A stretch of 64,000 bases of DNA from NCBI GenBank assembly GCA_040954595.2, contig CM082582.2, forward strand, positions 12,210,415 through 12,274,414, written 5' to 3'. The translations under genes were made by a program, and so were the position numbers. This document shows positions 38,645-57,093 of the stretch, in pieces. Below the pieces are notes generated by a model. It saw only the letters and a program-made list of their open reading frames with translations. It searched no databases and was not told the origin of the DNA. Numbering within the stretch: position 1 is the stretch's first letter; every line of letters starts with the position of its first letter. Source of the stretch: Balanoglossus misakiensis (lineage: Eukaryota > Animalia > Hemichordata).

Positions 38645-39601
38645 AATACGGGGCAATGAAGATACAGCAATCTAACCAGTGAAACTTTCAATGATGGCAT
38701 GTTTTTGACGAAACTGGCGACTTTAAGCGACCGTAGGTGGAGAAATGTTTGGTAAGGGAGGGTATCAGACACATGGCTTTGGAAGATCTCCAGTTGGGCA
38801 AGAGTCGTTTTTGAGGATAATGGATAAGATCCAGAAGATCGTTCAGTCTGTTTTCTCCTGCTGTCTTTATATATCTTTGTAAACCAGCACGCGGAAAAAC
38901 AAAAGTTTCTGAAACATATTCCCTGATGGCGTTTTTATGAAAACTTGATCGTTGTATCGGAGTCTCGTTGTAATGGGGTCGTTTTAGATAAAATAACACA
39001 CTACATGTCTGTATTTTGTATTCACCTTTTATAAGCTTTTAACATTATGTGTTTGAATGCTTTTATGTGAATGCCACACTATTTGATTGACCAAATTAGG
39101 ATTTAATAGTTCATGATTTGTACATGTATTCATAAATGATGCATTTCACTGAGCAACTTCTGGGAAATACACAAGACAAGTCTGACAATCACAAAATATA
39201 AATAAATATAAATATATCTAGGTAGCTTCGTAATAATACAATAATAAAAGACAAAACACATTTATAAATATCAAATTTTAGTAAAATCTGTGAACAATTG
39301 ACCAATAAAACATTTGGTTGTCATGGTTCTGGAATCCGTTACCTGGTAAACTTTCTGCTGCTGCACATACATGTACATTAAAATGTCCAATACACACATG
39401 TAGTTAAAATGTTATCAATCCGATATTTATCATTTGTAGCTTTACTGTTGCTAGGATACCCAGCATTAGATGCTTGTATTCCTGTCGACATCAGAGAGTA
39501 ACTCTGTCATTTTTCACAAGAATATAATATAAATGTGTAAATGGCGAGAATTTGTATTTCAGCAAGTGTCTTCAGTAGCTCTGGGTATACAATGGACGTC
39601 T

Positions 39602-42928
<3,327 letters not shown>

Positions 42929-43643
42929 CTTGAAAATATCTTCCCGCTAACGATCTCCACAATATATATAACCGTATATGAACTAAGGATGTTGTCACTG
43001 TACTGTGGTTGCGTCGCCGCGCGCGTCGACCTTGATATTTTGGTCAGCTGATCCGTCACGCGCGTGGGTCAACTGAGGCTATTCTTAGGGTAAACCACTC
43101 CTTAACAAGTACAGTGACCAATCAAGATTCAAGCTAATACTAAAAAATGCATTTGAACGTTTTTCCAATAATTCTTATTTCCTCAAGAAACAGTACATTG
43201 CCATATCAACGAAAAGTCTATGAATCAATGAAACAAGCAAAAGGAGAAATAAATAAACAGATAGACGGACACAGAAAACACCAGTTCCCCAATGATAAAC
43301 AAATCACAAATAGATCTTTTACTGATTCTTTATTGTATTTATAAACAAAATTCGTACGTAAAAAAGAGCGAGCTTCTCTAAGTGCAAGTGGTCACACGTC
43401 ACTTCCGGCCTTCTGCTGTGATTGACAGCAGACAGCTTATAAGTGGCGGAAGTCGAATAGCACTCTGGGTAATAGAGGATCTCAGATACGGAAATATACA
43501 TGGCGGACGATTTGAACGTGTTGTAAACACTGTTGCAAATTCCCGCAGATCTAGTGATCGACTGATAGGATAAATCTTTTTTGTCGTTCAACAGTAGTCG
43601 GAAAGACGTTTACACTGGTTAAGACCGTTTTCTGCTGTGTAAA
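42929..43643. promoter_or_regulatory. Divergent promoter region gamma-lyase/RTTN
   Basis: CpG-rich patches (~43010-43066) and ETS-like ACTTCCGG (~43401) and GGCGGAAGT (~43445) between divergent ATGs. Confidence 0.55.
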
Positions 43644-46600
43644 ATGCAACCTGTACGCTCCGATGTAAATTTGAGGCCCCTCTTCACCAAACTCGGTAAG
43701 TTTCAAAAACCATAACAAGACTGTGCATGTTTTGGAGACGAAATCGTGTCGCAGAGTGCTCGATTACTAACGCCTAATTGTGTTTTTGAACAATTTCTAG
43801 GGCACCAATTGGAAGAAATTCGGGTGCGATCGCTTACCAACATAATTTCAAAGCTTGATCACAATGTCATCTGCGAGGCAGATCTTGTGCAAGAAAAATA
43901 TTTCATAATTCGTCTGCTAGAATGGTTCAACTTCCCCACTGTTCCGATGCAAAATGAAGTCATTTCACTGCTCGACAAACTATCTAAGGTAAGAAAAAAA
44001 ACGACATTCTATGCTATTTCGTGTGTGTTTTCCTGGCTACCACAAAGTTCTTCGTGATCTCATTTTACATCATACTTTAGAAGGGTGTGTGTTGCCTTTT
44101 CCACAGCATTCGTCTGCTGCTAAAATTTTGGTTGACGTTGGTGGGGTGGAGTTCCTGTCACAGTTACGACCCAACAGTGAACCACAGCAACAAGTTATCA
44201 TTGATGAAACTCTGGAAAATTTATTGAGATTACCAGATATAGGAGAAGATGAACATCGCAAAGAGTGTATATATCACCAACATTCTCCTTCAAGAGGTCA
44301 GTTTAATTTTCCTTGATTAGTTCTTATCACTGGATATGAAGACACATCAACATTCTAGAGGGACAGTAATTCAGATGGGGCATGTCTAGCTTAAATCATG
44401 ATTGGCTGAAATTTACAAACTAGTCAATTGCTACAAATGGTGATATTTGCTCTTTTTATTTGTAGATGGAAGTGTCCAGAATGAAACTCGTAACACAAAG
44501 TTCACAGACAGCATCTCTCAAATCCAACACACCCAGATAGCTGACTCACACAGCAGCAAACCATTCTATGAAATCCAGGAACCACAAGTGGGTTATTTTG
44601 TTCAGGAACATCACCATTCTGTCTTGGACCCAACATCAAGACAGTCACATGCCACACAGGCTTCAGGTAAGTCTGGCATTGAATTCAGGAACTGCTAATT
44701 CAGACGAATTGTCTCCATATTTCAGTAGCTGATAAAACTGAACCATGCTCCATCTTTTATTACAGACTATGAGATGACAAGCTGTTTTCAGTTTTCTACG
44801 TTTCCATGGTTGCCATTGACATCAACTGACAGACATGTTCTCACTTCCACTGACAGGTGAGTTTAAACAAAAATAATAATAATCATTTTAATGTAAAGTA
44901 TCACCTACTACAGACCTGTCATTTCTTGTTACTAAAACCTACATTTACAATTTAAATACTGGTATTTGATTTTGTATTCAGTTCTTTACAAAGTCCAAAC
45001 CCAACTCTCGTGGGTAGTTCATGTGAGTTCCTCAGTGAAGTTGTACTACAAGACTTTCCTGCTGAAATATTCCTGCAAAGACCAAACATAGTCCAGGTAA
45101 GTACATTGTATTGTATGAATGTCCAATATTCAAAATAGTACATGATAGATATTGCAAAAAAAATGGCATCAAGATAAAGTTACAGAGTCATTTGTCACAG
45201 CAGTAGTATAGTACCATTCATAAAGTGACAACATCTGATGAAGATCAATACTGTATTGTACTGTTTCTATGAACACATCCGGAGAACATAGTACCTAACT
45301 GATTGCCTTCTCTTCTCTCTTTCAGAGTTTGTTAGCGTTGTTGAAACTGAAACCTCCACATGATCATAATCTGCCACTGTCTGCTGTCAAGTGTCTGACC
45401 GATCTCTGTATTGACCTACAATCCAGGATTGTATTCTATCATGACCCTGCATTATATTGTCCTAAACAAGGTACATTGTACTCTACATACAAGAAATCAT
45501 CTATAAATTATTTAGATTTCATTCAGTGTTCATTCACATGTCTTAGAATATTTTGTTTATGAAAATTTCCTTTTGTGCATCTTCTCGTCAGTTGACTTTG
45601 GATTTGGTAGTGGCTCAGGATCTCACAGCAATTCGACTCTTCAATCCACTCTGAGTAGCGGTTCCAGACCATCTGTCCTGGGTCATTCCGGACCCAGACT
45701 GAGAGGAGATGGACAGGATGGAGATTCCAGCAGTGCTACAACTCCAACGTAAGTATATTGATCAAAATATTAGAAGAGAAAATTCTTAATGCATTTTTGA
45801 ATGTGCTAAGTTAAAAAAATCAAAATGATATATGTTTCTTCTGCTCCACATCACAGACCGTCTCCACGACAACCAATTTCAGCCCATGAATCGGGATCAG
45901 AATCTGATTTGGAAACCGACTGTGAAGACATGATAGCTTTGCAGTTTAGCCAGATAACAGTGCCACAGTTCTGTGTACTGGTCTTGGAGCATGGCACACC
46001 ACTGCTGAAGACAAGCAATGCCGAGATGGTTTTACACTGCACACAACTTCTGAACGAAGTGCTGGGACTACTCAAGCAGGCTGTTAGTCCTGACATCTGG
46101 GATGAAAAGAGCGTTGTGGCCAGAGAAGTGGTAGGAATCTGTTAACCCTTTTGTGACCATGGTTCGGCCCAACTCCATTGATTTTATTAGTAATGCTGGA
46201 CCTTTAAACATGGAAAGAGGGGGTGAAGGGATTCAAAATCTGTGATTGGCTTGATCTCAACACTCCATGGTAACTATGGCTAAATTATCATAGGTGACCG
46301 TATACCATTCCCTTCATTTCAGGCTGAGAAACTGGTTGACGTACTTGAAGTTCTTGGGGATGTCTTGCTGTACCATCATCACAGTCGAAGTAGGCTTACA
46401 GATGGTGTGTCAGAACATGACATCCGACAACACAGACTGGCATTTATGGCTGTGACCATGTATGTCATGCAGCTGATGGAAACACTGATGCCTGTGGAAA
46501 AGGTGGGAAAGATTATCGCTTCAAATCTGTGCACAATTGACAAAATTTCATAATGATATACTGTTGTCTTTGATGAGAAATATAGCTATGAAATACATGT

Positions 46601-49600
46601 AATATGGTGCATGGAAAATTCAGCAGCATCTTAAACATAGTGTAAACAAGTACCTCTGTTGACATTGTACTTTCAGGCTAAAGATCTTTTCCCAGAGAGT
46701 TTGAATACAGCTCTGTGTTTGATTGCCATGGATCCAAGTCTCTGCCACACCTATCCCAACGTTCAACAGATCAGTATCAAATATCTGTCAGAGGTTGATG
46801 AAAAACAATATCAGATCTACAAAGAAGCAACAGCAGTCTGTGAATCTATGGAAGCAACGTGTAGATTCCTCAATACAACCAATGAACAGGTACTACAATG
46901 TTGAAACTTATAAGAATAAGAAACTTATAAGAAACTTGTGTAAGAAACTTGTAAGAAACTTATATGTCCTGTATACAACAATTTTCCCCACTTTTTTTCC
47001 CAATCTAGGATGACATTTCTCTGCAAGTTCAGATATCACGTGCTGATCAAGCCTTGGACAGTGTTGCCTACCACTCCCATATGCCTCTGGTAGATGCTTA
47101 TGTCAACATGTGTTCTGAAATGTGAGTAACAGTAAATTGAGTGTTGAGCCCTTAGAGGAACCTAATGATATGAATAACTATATCTGCCCATTTTCTCTCT
47201 CTCTCTTTTCATACATTGTAGCTGTAAGCCAGTCAATGCTAACCCTAACTTTGTCGCTGAATGCAGAAAAGTTCTCTTGAAGTACCTAGCTCATCCAATA
47301 TCCAAAGTGAAAATACACACATACTTGATGTGTTTGAATATTGTTAAGGATGGTTTGGGCATCAGTCAAGCATCATCTCCAGGGTCGTTGACCTATTTCA
47401 AGGTCAAGTTTCTTCTTGATCCAAGGATTATACGTGAAATCGCCAGTTTTGGAGTGAATGATGCAGAGGACCAGGTGAGTACTCAGGTCTGTGGGTGACC
47501 TCATGTTTTTTTATTCTTGGTTTTAATACTGAGACCACGAATTTATTGCCCCTCTTGATGTTAAATGTCTGATTGCTTTCTTTGCAAGGTTTCACTCTCT
47601 GCCAGAGAAATCTTACTCTATCTGTTACAAGGCAAGCTACTAATGAGTGCTGGGTTATGGAAACAAGTTATAGATGCTATGGTTCCGGTCTTTCCCATAT
47701 TACAGGTAGGTTTCATTTGGACCAAGTCTCAAAAGTACAAATACTCTTATATATGTGTATGGTCTTTTCTAGACAACAATTCTCTGATATGTGTTAGGTT
47801 GTGTTTTAGCTTGTCATTTCTCCTAATTGTCCTTCATTTTGTTTTTGTCACAAGAGCTATGCAGAGAAGCAGACAAACCTGGGCAGTTGCATTCTGGGAT
47901 TGACACACAGGAAGGCAGACAATGCTGAGAGTGAGGAACCACTTCTGCCAACTTTAGAACAGCTGAGGAGTACTCTGAGATTGATGTTCTCAAAAAGTGC
48001 CAGGTTTGTATTGATGCAGCCATAGTGCTGTCGCCCATAAATAGATGCATAATCAGAAGACTTTCAGTTGTCTTTGGCCCACCTAAGTTGCCAGCTCTGA
48101 CAGGCAACTGAGCCATGGTGTACCAACATGTTTTGTGTACCACAGTAGAAACCAATCAAGAGTACAACAGGGAAACCACAACAAAAGTCAGAGCACACAT
48201 ACATAATGCAAGCCAGGCCACATTCAATTAGACCACACGCACATACATGCAACGCAACTTATGCAAGTCAGACCACACACATAATGCAACTCAGACCACA
48301 CATAATACAGGCTAAAGGCAAATTAGACCACACACATACAAGTCAGACCACACACACAGCACAAATCAGACCACACACTCCTATATTGGGGGAGAAAAAT
48401 TGAAGGGAAACATGGTGAAAATTTCCTTCACCACTATAAGATTTAGTTTTGCTGTATGTTGTAGAGAGAAAAGTCTACATTGCTTTAGACTGTGTTACTC
48501 TTTCGGTGTGTGTAAGAATAAGGTAAAATAGAAACTACACTATTTACTTCTGTCTGCATACAGTGTTCGTTCTGAAACCATCAAATATGTGCTGGAGTTC
48601 CTGGCCAAAGAAGACGACAGTGTCAACAAAATGCCATCACTAACACAAGCCACTCTGACTGATATGGGAAACCTTCTCATCATGGATCAACCAATCATTT
48701 TAGATGACCAGCAGAAATCTGTCTTTCAGGTCAGTATAAATCATTTCTAATTTTTTTTTTTGCATAAAATGTTAACTCAGTCAATTTGATGTTACCTCAC
48801 ACTTCTCTTCACATTATTTGAACAGGTTGATGGATTGCTGAAAGTCTACAACATATTGACTTCCCCCACAGTCGAATTGGAAGTGAGAAAATCTGCAGCT
48901 GAACAATTAGCTGTTATATTGCAAGGTACAGAGTTTACTAGAAAGTTGTTCTTGAAATGCAGTTGTACGTCTGTGTTCATAGTATTTTACAAAAGGTCAC
49001 ATTTAAATTTTTTGTCAGATTCAGATTTCTTATCCTGTGTTTTGATCATCTAGATGTAACATTACACCAGGCATTTATGAAACACAATGGACTTGATAAA
49101 ATTATGGAACTCATCAAGAGTGCTTTGGTCAAACCAGCAGAATCAAAAGAGGTATGTCTTGAAGATGATCGGTATTTATATTTACTTGTAGGAGTCTGAA
49201 TAACGTCCACTGTCTTAAGGAGGTACAGACCCTCCACAAAGGGGCTAAGTATCAGGAATCCATCAGTGCATGCAATGTCTTGTCTGATTCATCAAAACAG
49301 TATTTTTTTATAATTCAGCAATTTTTTTATTTGATCTTGCAGCAGGAGCAAGTTGTATTTATACCAGCATGTCTGACTGTATTACGTGAACTGATACACC
49401 AAGACTACAGCCTCAGACATCAACTAGCTCATGATTTCACCATCTATTTTATTCTCATCAGAAGTAAGTACCCAGTGTTGAATGACATCACTACCCATGA
49501 AGTAATATGAAAAGATAGCTTGTTTTGATTTTGAAATATCTGGACTGTGATCACACCATTGAACTGCAAACTGCCCTTAGAGGCTGTGTGTTCCAAAAAG

Positions 49601-52600
49601 ACTGATTTCTCAAAATTATTTTGTTTATTTCTGTACTATAGGTGCCTTGCTATTTGCTACAGATGACAGAGTCCGATATGAAGCCTCCCATATTCTGACT
49701 CTGTTACTGTTTGATGAAGTCGCAAGTCTAGACAGTGAGTCTTCATCGGGAACCTTTGAGATTAAGAGAAGAAGTGGATTCAGTCTACCCAAATGTGTGC
49801 TTGAAAGGTAAGGTAATCTTTACACTGTCAAAGTGTGCCTGCCATAAAAAAACTACTCCTGACATTTTATAAAAGAAAAGGAGAAAATCATGAATAAATT
49901 GTTTATCTGTTTTTTAATACAGGTTCAGACTTCCATTCAAGGCATACAGTCAGTCGACTCTGAGTCCATACAGAGTTGATGTACCACCAAGCTCGGATCC
50001 TCTGGTGACTGGACCCCCAGCAGAGATGCTGACTATGGGATGGAACATTGCATGGCATCATGGGATAGCACCTCTGGCAACATTTGTCAAGAATGGCAAA
50101 AAGCAGAAAGAGGATGGGTGAGTGTGTGAGTCTAGGTGTGTCTGTGAGTGTCAGTTCCATTTTCCGTGAACTTTTAAAAAGACTGTGAAATATGTACGGA
50201 TTTATGTTCACTGTTCAGTTTCACTGACAGAATCTCAACCAGGGGTTTTTAACTCAAAGTCACTGGACCACAATCCCTTCTCAACCAGGCACATCCAATG
50301 TACATGTACTGTATGTGGTTATCTGTCTTATATATTTTCAGATTTGCGAGCAAGTTACATCTGAGCAGGGTAGAACGGATCTTACTCTGCTGTACACACA
50401 AAACTACAGCAATTGTTCAGTGTTTGGAGTCCATGCTTCAAGCCAGCTCACATTTCATGGTGAAAACCGCCCTCTATAGGCTGACACATTACGTCTTATG
50501 TGAGAGTATCGGTGTTGACAGTGAACGAAGTGAAAACAGTAGAGCATCTAAACTTCTCTTTGATTTGGACTGGAAAGAAGCATTTGGAAGGTGAGTCTGT
50601 TTAAAATACTTTTCTAGTTTGTGAAACATTTGTGGAGAAGTTTAAGTGACATCACACTAAAGCCCATATCAATCTTGAACTATGTTGATCTATTCTCATC
50701 ATGAGGAATTCTGTATATTATATACTTGACAGATTTCTGCAAGTCATCCCAGCCAACATGGAGGATGAATCCCTGTTGGCACAGATCCTCTCCTTCATGT
50801 CAGCCTTGTTGGACACATCAAACAACATCCCAGAGGAGTTCCTCACATGGCTGGCTGATATCATTGTTGACAACCATGCTCCACTGACAAGACTTTTACA
50901 GAAATCTGAAAGCTATGGTGAAGCTTCTGAAGACGAAACTAGTGCTTGCAAAAGGTACTTATGACATACTGTTTTTATGATAGTGTTTTTTACTGATAAT
51001 ATCGTTTTCACTTACCGCTGTTTTCTATCTGTTTCTCGTAATAAGTCGGTTTATCCACTTTCTGATTTTCAGAGCTCTCCGGAAATCAATTCTGGTGTTT
51101 CTGAGTGGATTTGTCAAAACACTTACTAAGTTTAACCATAAATGGTGAGTTGAAGTGGGTCCACCTTAAGGATGTTTACTGATTTATTGTGAAGTTTTGA
51201 ATTGACACTGCTGCAATGCAAACAAATCAATATATTCCATCTTGCCTTATATTGTCGTGGGATAAATGTACTGATTTTCCACTATGTCATTTCTAGGAAA
51301 TTTGGCAGTGGTCTTGGTTGCATTGGTGGTGACATAACACAGGCGATGATACAGAGTTTACATCTTGCTGACGCTGTTCATTTCTACAATCTACCATCAT
51401 TAGAAGGCACATTGCAGTGTCTGGTGCATGTGACAGCTAGGTAAGTTGAATGCTAGCAACTAACTATCACTACTTCTACAATTCTCATTTTATAGCAAAA
51501 AAGGACAGTTTATTATTCATTGCTATTTTACTATTATTATACAGACCTGGTTGGAGCAATGGCTGTATGGATATTGATAACTTATCACTATGTCATAAGT
51601 TCCTATCATCACTTTTAGAGGTAAGTGTTAGTGTATCTGCAACAAAAGAGTGTTTGATGGAAGATAGTATTGGGATGACCACTAAACACTGGTGAAAATT
51701 AAAGATGCAATGTCATTTTCTGTAGGTGAATAATAATTGTTGTAATGTTTTTGTTGCATTCAGGTTGTCTCTGCATTTCATGTTGGTCGTGGTGGTACAG
51801 CTATGTCTTATATGGGCAAAGGTGTCACCAAGAGTGCTACAATGTGTCTTTTGCATGTAGCCTATGAAATGTCACAGTATTCAATAGACAAGGTCAGTTA
51901 TATTCTGCTTGCCTAATGTTATTTGTTCTGAAAAAAATAGGTTGTGATTAGCCTAGACATCTAATAAAAGGTCTGAGAGATTTTGACTTTTATGACTTTT
52001 ATCCGATGGTTGGAACATAAAGTTTTTTCTTTTTCATTTCAGACATGGACTTCACATTGGTTGTACATCAGACAAGGCAATAGGGATGAACTGATGTCTA
52101 CTGGGTTACTATGGCTACTATCACTATGGTATTACAGAGATCCGGAGGTAACAATATGAATGTGCTTTTGCAGAATGAATGATCAGATTTAACCAAACCC
52201 TTCATGAATAGGAACTGTTCTATTCATAATCTTGACTACATCTGTACATTGTCTTTTGTATCTTGCTCGTAGATAAGGGCTACGGGTCTTGGCATAGCTT
52301 CTGCCCTGTCCTCCACAGAGCCAGGACGTATCATGTTGAGTTCATGCTGTCAACAGATTCCAGGTGGATTATGGGGTACTGTCCTGACATTTCTACTTGA
52401 TCAGTCTGAATGCAGTGTGGTCAGACAACAGGCAAGTACAGTCATGATCTTATTAGAAACTAAAAAGAATGTTGATTAGTGTTTTAATGTACCAAAGTAA
52501 CATGATCAGAGTAGACCTATTAACAAACAGTCTTTTGCCCTTGACCTTGACAGGCTGCAGCGTTATTGGTCAATCTGACCTCCCAACTGATGCCAAGTAC

Positions 52601-55600
52601 AACAGTATCTGACCCATCTGTCAAATGGCAAGGTCCATCAGTGCAAGATGAAGAATCTGAGGTACGTGTATAAAACACCTGTGTCTTGTCTCTCTATCTC
52701 CATCTTTGTCCATCTCTCTGACTGTCTCTGTCTCTTTCTAACATCTCCTTCCATGAACATTGCATTTATATCAAGTACAACATGGTTCTTCTGTCTGTTA
52801 GGTGTCACTGGTTGGTCTCCCAGCTCTGATAGCATTGCTGCATCATTACCAGTTCTATCCTGAGATCGTCACAATGCTGAATAATTACTATGCAGACAGC
52901 ACCATTGTTCCTGTGAGTATCATGGATGACATGTCTGCGGCTGCCAGTTCAGTGAATCCAGCCACACCATCACCATCAACACTCATTACAACAGGTAGGT
53001 TTGCAGTGATGAATAGGCAGTCATGCTTGTAACGTGACAAGGGTATATTCCTACTTTTACCATTGTTGGCCAGATGGCAGTCTTTGGGTTCCACAGTTCA
53101 TTGTCAGAACAAATGTGATACATTTGTTTCTCACATACACACATTTTCCTGGTTACAGTTGACAATGGTACCTTCAATGCAAGCCATGTACCAACCACTG
53201 GTAACACCACTCATGAACAGAGATCCTCTACAGTAAGTTTATTTTCTTGCTTAAATTTTTCACTTTTGCTTACATTTCCCAAAAAGATTGACCACACCTT
53301 TGTAAATGACAGGGTTATCCCAAGGGTTTCTGACGTATGTTATTTGATTGCAGATATACACATCAACACCCAACACAACCCGGACATCTGCTGGTGCAAC
53401 AGGCACTCCAAACATGACCACATCTACAACATCTATGCAAACCAATTCCATGCTGTCATCTAAACCATCATCACAACCACAAGGTAAGATTATCAACACT
53501 TTCATGTGGCAAACAAGAATAATCCAGGCCAGGTGTATAAGCAGTGGGTATTATAATTTGGTTTTGTTTATTTCAGGATCAGCTGGTCCCAGTTCATCAT
53601 CCAGTCAATCCAGCACAGTAACACCACCATCAACAGCAGCTGATGTCAGATATCCAAGCGTTGTAACGCCATCTCTCATTGGTACAATTTGTCAGTCACT
53701 GAGAAACATGCTCAGTCTAGCTCCTCAAGACACACATCTGTCTATCAGTAAACAAGGCATTCTCAAGAATTTACTCAGGTAAATAACAAAGCCGCTTTTT
53801 ACGTAGATAGTGTTTTGATGTTGTGAATTTTGAATTGACCTTTGCATTGGTAAAACCCTGCTTTGAATGTTTTCATTTCAGGCTGTTAGATGTTGATCTG
53901 CTAGAGAGCAAACTACAGCAACTTGACTGCAAGGATGGAATACTGTTGGTAGATAGTCTCTTTATGATGTACAGTGAGAGCATATTGCTTGTCCGAGCCG
54001 TTATTCAGTGTGATACAGCAACCAGGAAATCATTGTTACAAGATAACATCACATGGAGAAAGTTTCTACATATGTTAGGATTGTTCAGAAGACAAACCAT
54101 CAAAGGTTTGTGTTTCCAGCCATCGTTTATGATGCTTGTAATGTTTTTAGCTCATACATGTATGTTCACTGCCTGATTGTCATCATTTGTTTTTGGTTAC
54201 AGATGCTGGTCTAGAATCATCCTGTCACACACTTCTATCAGCAATCTTTCAGTTGCTAATGACAACAATACAGTTGGAGCAGACACATGGAGTTAAAGAA
54301 CTCACTCCATTTTTAGCAAAGTTCTGGACAAACATCGTAGGTAAGGAGTAAAAATAAACTCTTTATAGCACTGATGGCTACTGTAGTAACCATTTTTGTT
54401 TGAATATGGTAAGGTATTGGTTGGGTTTTAAAGATTAAAATTTAAATCCTTAGTATCTTAGAATTTCATCTTCTTTCATTCACAGATTGCATAGACCATG
54501 TACTAAACTCAAGTACAAGTTCACCAGCTACAAGACAGTCTGCCATGAATTTCCTTACTGCTTTGCTGACTGAAGACGGCAAACAGAACAGTTCAGAAGG
54601 GGTGACCATAAACAGCCTTCTAGATGGAGAGCAAAAAGACAGTAATGATAAAGGTATGTAATTATTCAGACAAGAGAAAACCTGCTATCTTTGATTAGTC
54701 TAAGCCCTGTTATAGTGTTGATATTGTGATTGGGTGTACAGTGTGTGGCACATTCCTTACACAGAATGAAAACTTATCTTAATTGTTTACCTTTTCAGAT
54801 GAAGTCAAGCAAAGTGGTCAGATTCTGTCCGAAGTGTTACTTACAGCTGCAGATGGAAATCTACCGACATCAAGCAGTGCCACAGCTCAGGAAAAGATCT
54901 CCACTATGAGTGCATTGAGTACCTTGTTGGCTGGCAGTCACACAGCCAAAGCTGCAGCAATGCAAGGTATATATCTCTGAGAATTACATAGCAATTATGA
55001 TGTAGGACAGGTACTGTTTTTAATATGGCTTGTCTAATGAATGGAAGACAAGTAGGCAGATGGTCAGACAGATATGAACGGACTGGACATCTAATATTTT
55101 TAAAGTGATGACTTTGACTGTAATTGTGCATTAGATTGCTGACACTATTTTTCTGATTTCTCTGTCAATCTCAGCTGGTTTGGTTGAAAGTACTGTTGAT
55201 CAAATCAAACACATTCATGTCAAGCTGAATATGGACTCATTGCAGTTAGGAAAACCAACCAAAAAGAAGGTAAGGCCCGAGAGGAAAAAATATTGTTTTT
55301 CCTTGGAATATTCAGATCCCACAATAATTTTAAAATACTGTGCTGTATATACCCTGTGTTCTGTGAACAGACACATGTCAATTCAGGGATGTATTTTCTT
55401 TGCAGGAGGATCCACTTATGACTGATCTGATTAACCAGCTGAATTTACTCCAGAATTTTATGTATCAAAGTGAAATGGTCAAGGTAAGTGATGACATCAC
55501 AGTATTCACAATTGAGGAACATGCACCTTTCTAAAGTCAACAGTTTCCAATGAACGTTTTGTTCATGCCTAATGTTGTATTTTTTGTTTTTGTCTTAGAT

Positions 55601-57093
55601 GGTGGCATTTCAGTGTGGACTCAGTGATGTGGTTCACAAACTCTGGTCGTGGTGTACGGTTGAAACCAATCTAATGCAGACCATGTTATCATTGCTTTGT
55701 ACCTACACTGCCCGATGTGACACTAGTAAGTAAACCAACACAATCTAAAATGTCTGCTCCATAACATGTTTCAGTGCAAGCTGATTTCTGTTGCTGACAG
55801 CAGTACATGTATAATAATAATTCTTATTCCTTTCCTGTTCCAGCATGTAAATCTCTGGCCTACACTTCACCCACCTCTATAAGCAGCACAGGTCCAAGCA
55901 GTAATTCTCTGGTTCACAGTTTGGTCAAATTTGCCAACAGAGAAAACAGCAACAACAAACAAGGGGAATGTAGTGAAACACAAAGGTGTCTATTCTCATT
56001 GTTGTCTACTCTGGTTTTGTCGTCAGAGTGTCGAGGTATTCTGTGGAAGGTAAGTGTCTGTCTAGTATCTTGAGAGAGAGGTTGATTGATTGATTGATTG
56101 ATTGATTTCCACATTAACAGCAACCACTCACCATTCTTCAAATTGACATTCTCTTTTTATTGTGAATTTTACAGAGTAATTTCCTTCAAAGTTTTTCCAA
56201 AGTTCAAATCCCCAAGAAAGGCAGCAAAGGCAAGAAGTTCTCTGTGTCCTTGATGTGGCTGAAGTTACTAGTGAATCTGTCTTTCTCCTCTGAAGGACAA
56301 CAGATGATTATGAAGATACCAGGTATGTGGCTATGTCTTCTTCACAGTCTCAGTACCTTTCCTTATAGAGTCTGTTTTGGCTTGATACTCACTTGAATTA
56401 TTCTTCCATTGCAGATTCTCTTGAGCTGCTACTGGAGTACATACAGTGCTCTCATCAACAAGTTCAACTGTCATCCTTACTAGTTCTGAGAAATCTCTGT
56501 TTCCATGGCGCATGTAAACCCAAACTACTGGCAAGCGGTAAGAGAATTAGATTTGATGTGTACCAATCCATAATTAGCATTGAAAACAGTTGGGTTAGAT
56601 CAGAGTGGAACTCTGAAAAGTAAAATTGATCTTGATTTGATTTCTTGACAGATAAGTTACTACCCTACTTCCTGGACACAATTCATAATTTATGCCTCCA
56701 GATGAAATACACGGCAGTGACTGCGTTGTGGGCACTGGTATACAACAGTCAAAAGGTGAGCAAGCAGTCTTGTGTGCAGACAGACTCAGTAATGTGACCA
56801 TGCAGATACACATATACATAAAAACACAGCTTGAATAAAAGCCACATTGTTTTGTGTGCCATTTCAGTGATCAAATGGTGATGTTGATGTCAACTAATTT
56901 TCAATGCACTTCATTCATTCTTTTTGTCCTTTTGCAGGCTAAAGTCAGCTTAAAGAACGGAGCTGTTGGTCCTAAACTCATGGAAGCTTATAACAAAGTG
57001 AAGAACACCACATATACACCACAGGAAGAGGAACAGTTTGCAATGCCATGTCTGAATGCCATGCAGACGGTCATTGCATTAGTCAATGAATGA
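43644..57093 (+). CDS. RTTN: Rotatin (centriole/basal body protein), many short exons
   Basis: N-terminus ...[26 protein letters not shown]...LLEWFNF. Internal [51 protein letters not shown] and [12 protein letters not shown] at 57091-57093. Confidence 0.93.
46142..46234 (-). mobile_element. Decayed inverted copy of the TTAA MITE (RTTN intron)
   Basis: ttaaccctttt...ccatggt...ccattg...atgctggac...gggggtgaaggg aligns with the reverse complement of 19203-19294. Confidence 0.65.
46903..46962. repeat. Short tandem repeat (TAAGAAACTTR, ~11-13 nt, about 5 units)
   Basis: Seen directly in an RTTN intron. Confidence 0.8.
48187..48380. repeat. Degenerate minisatellite (core CAAGTCAGACCACAC)
   Basis: About 7-8 imperfect units in an RTTN intron. 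Confidence 0.75.
56082..56107. repeat. (TTGA)n tetranucleotide microsatellite
   Basis: ttgattgattgattgattgattgatt seen directly. Confidence 0.9.

Noticed and set aside
48187-48380. Repeat-spacer appearance suggestive of CRISPR
   Set aside because: Eukaryotic intron, degenerate units, no unique fixed-length spacers and no cas genes; it is a minisatellite.
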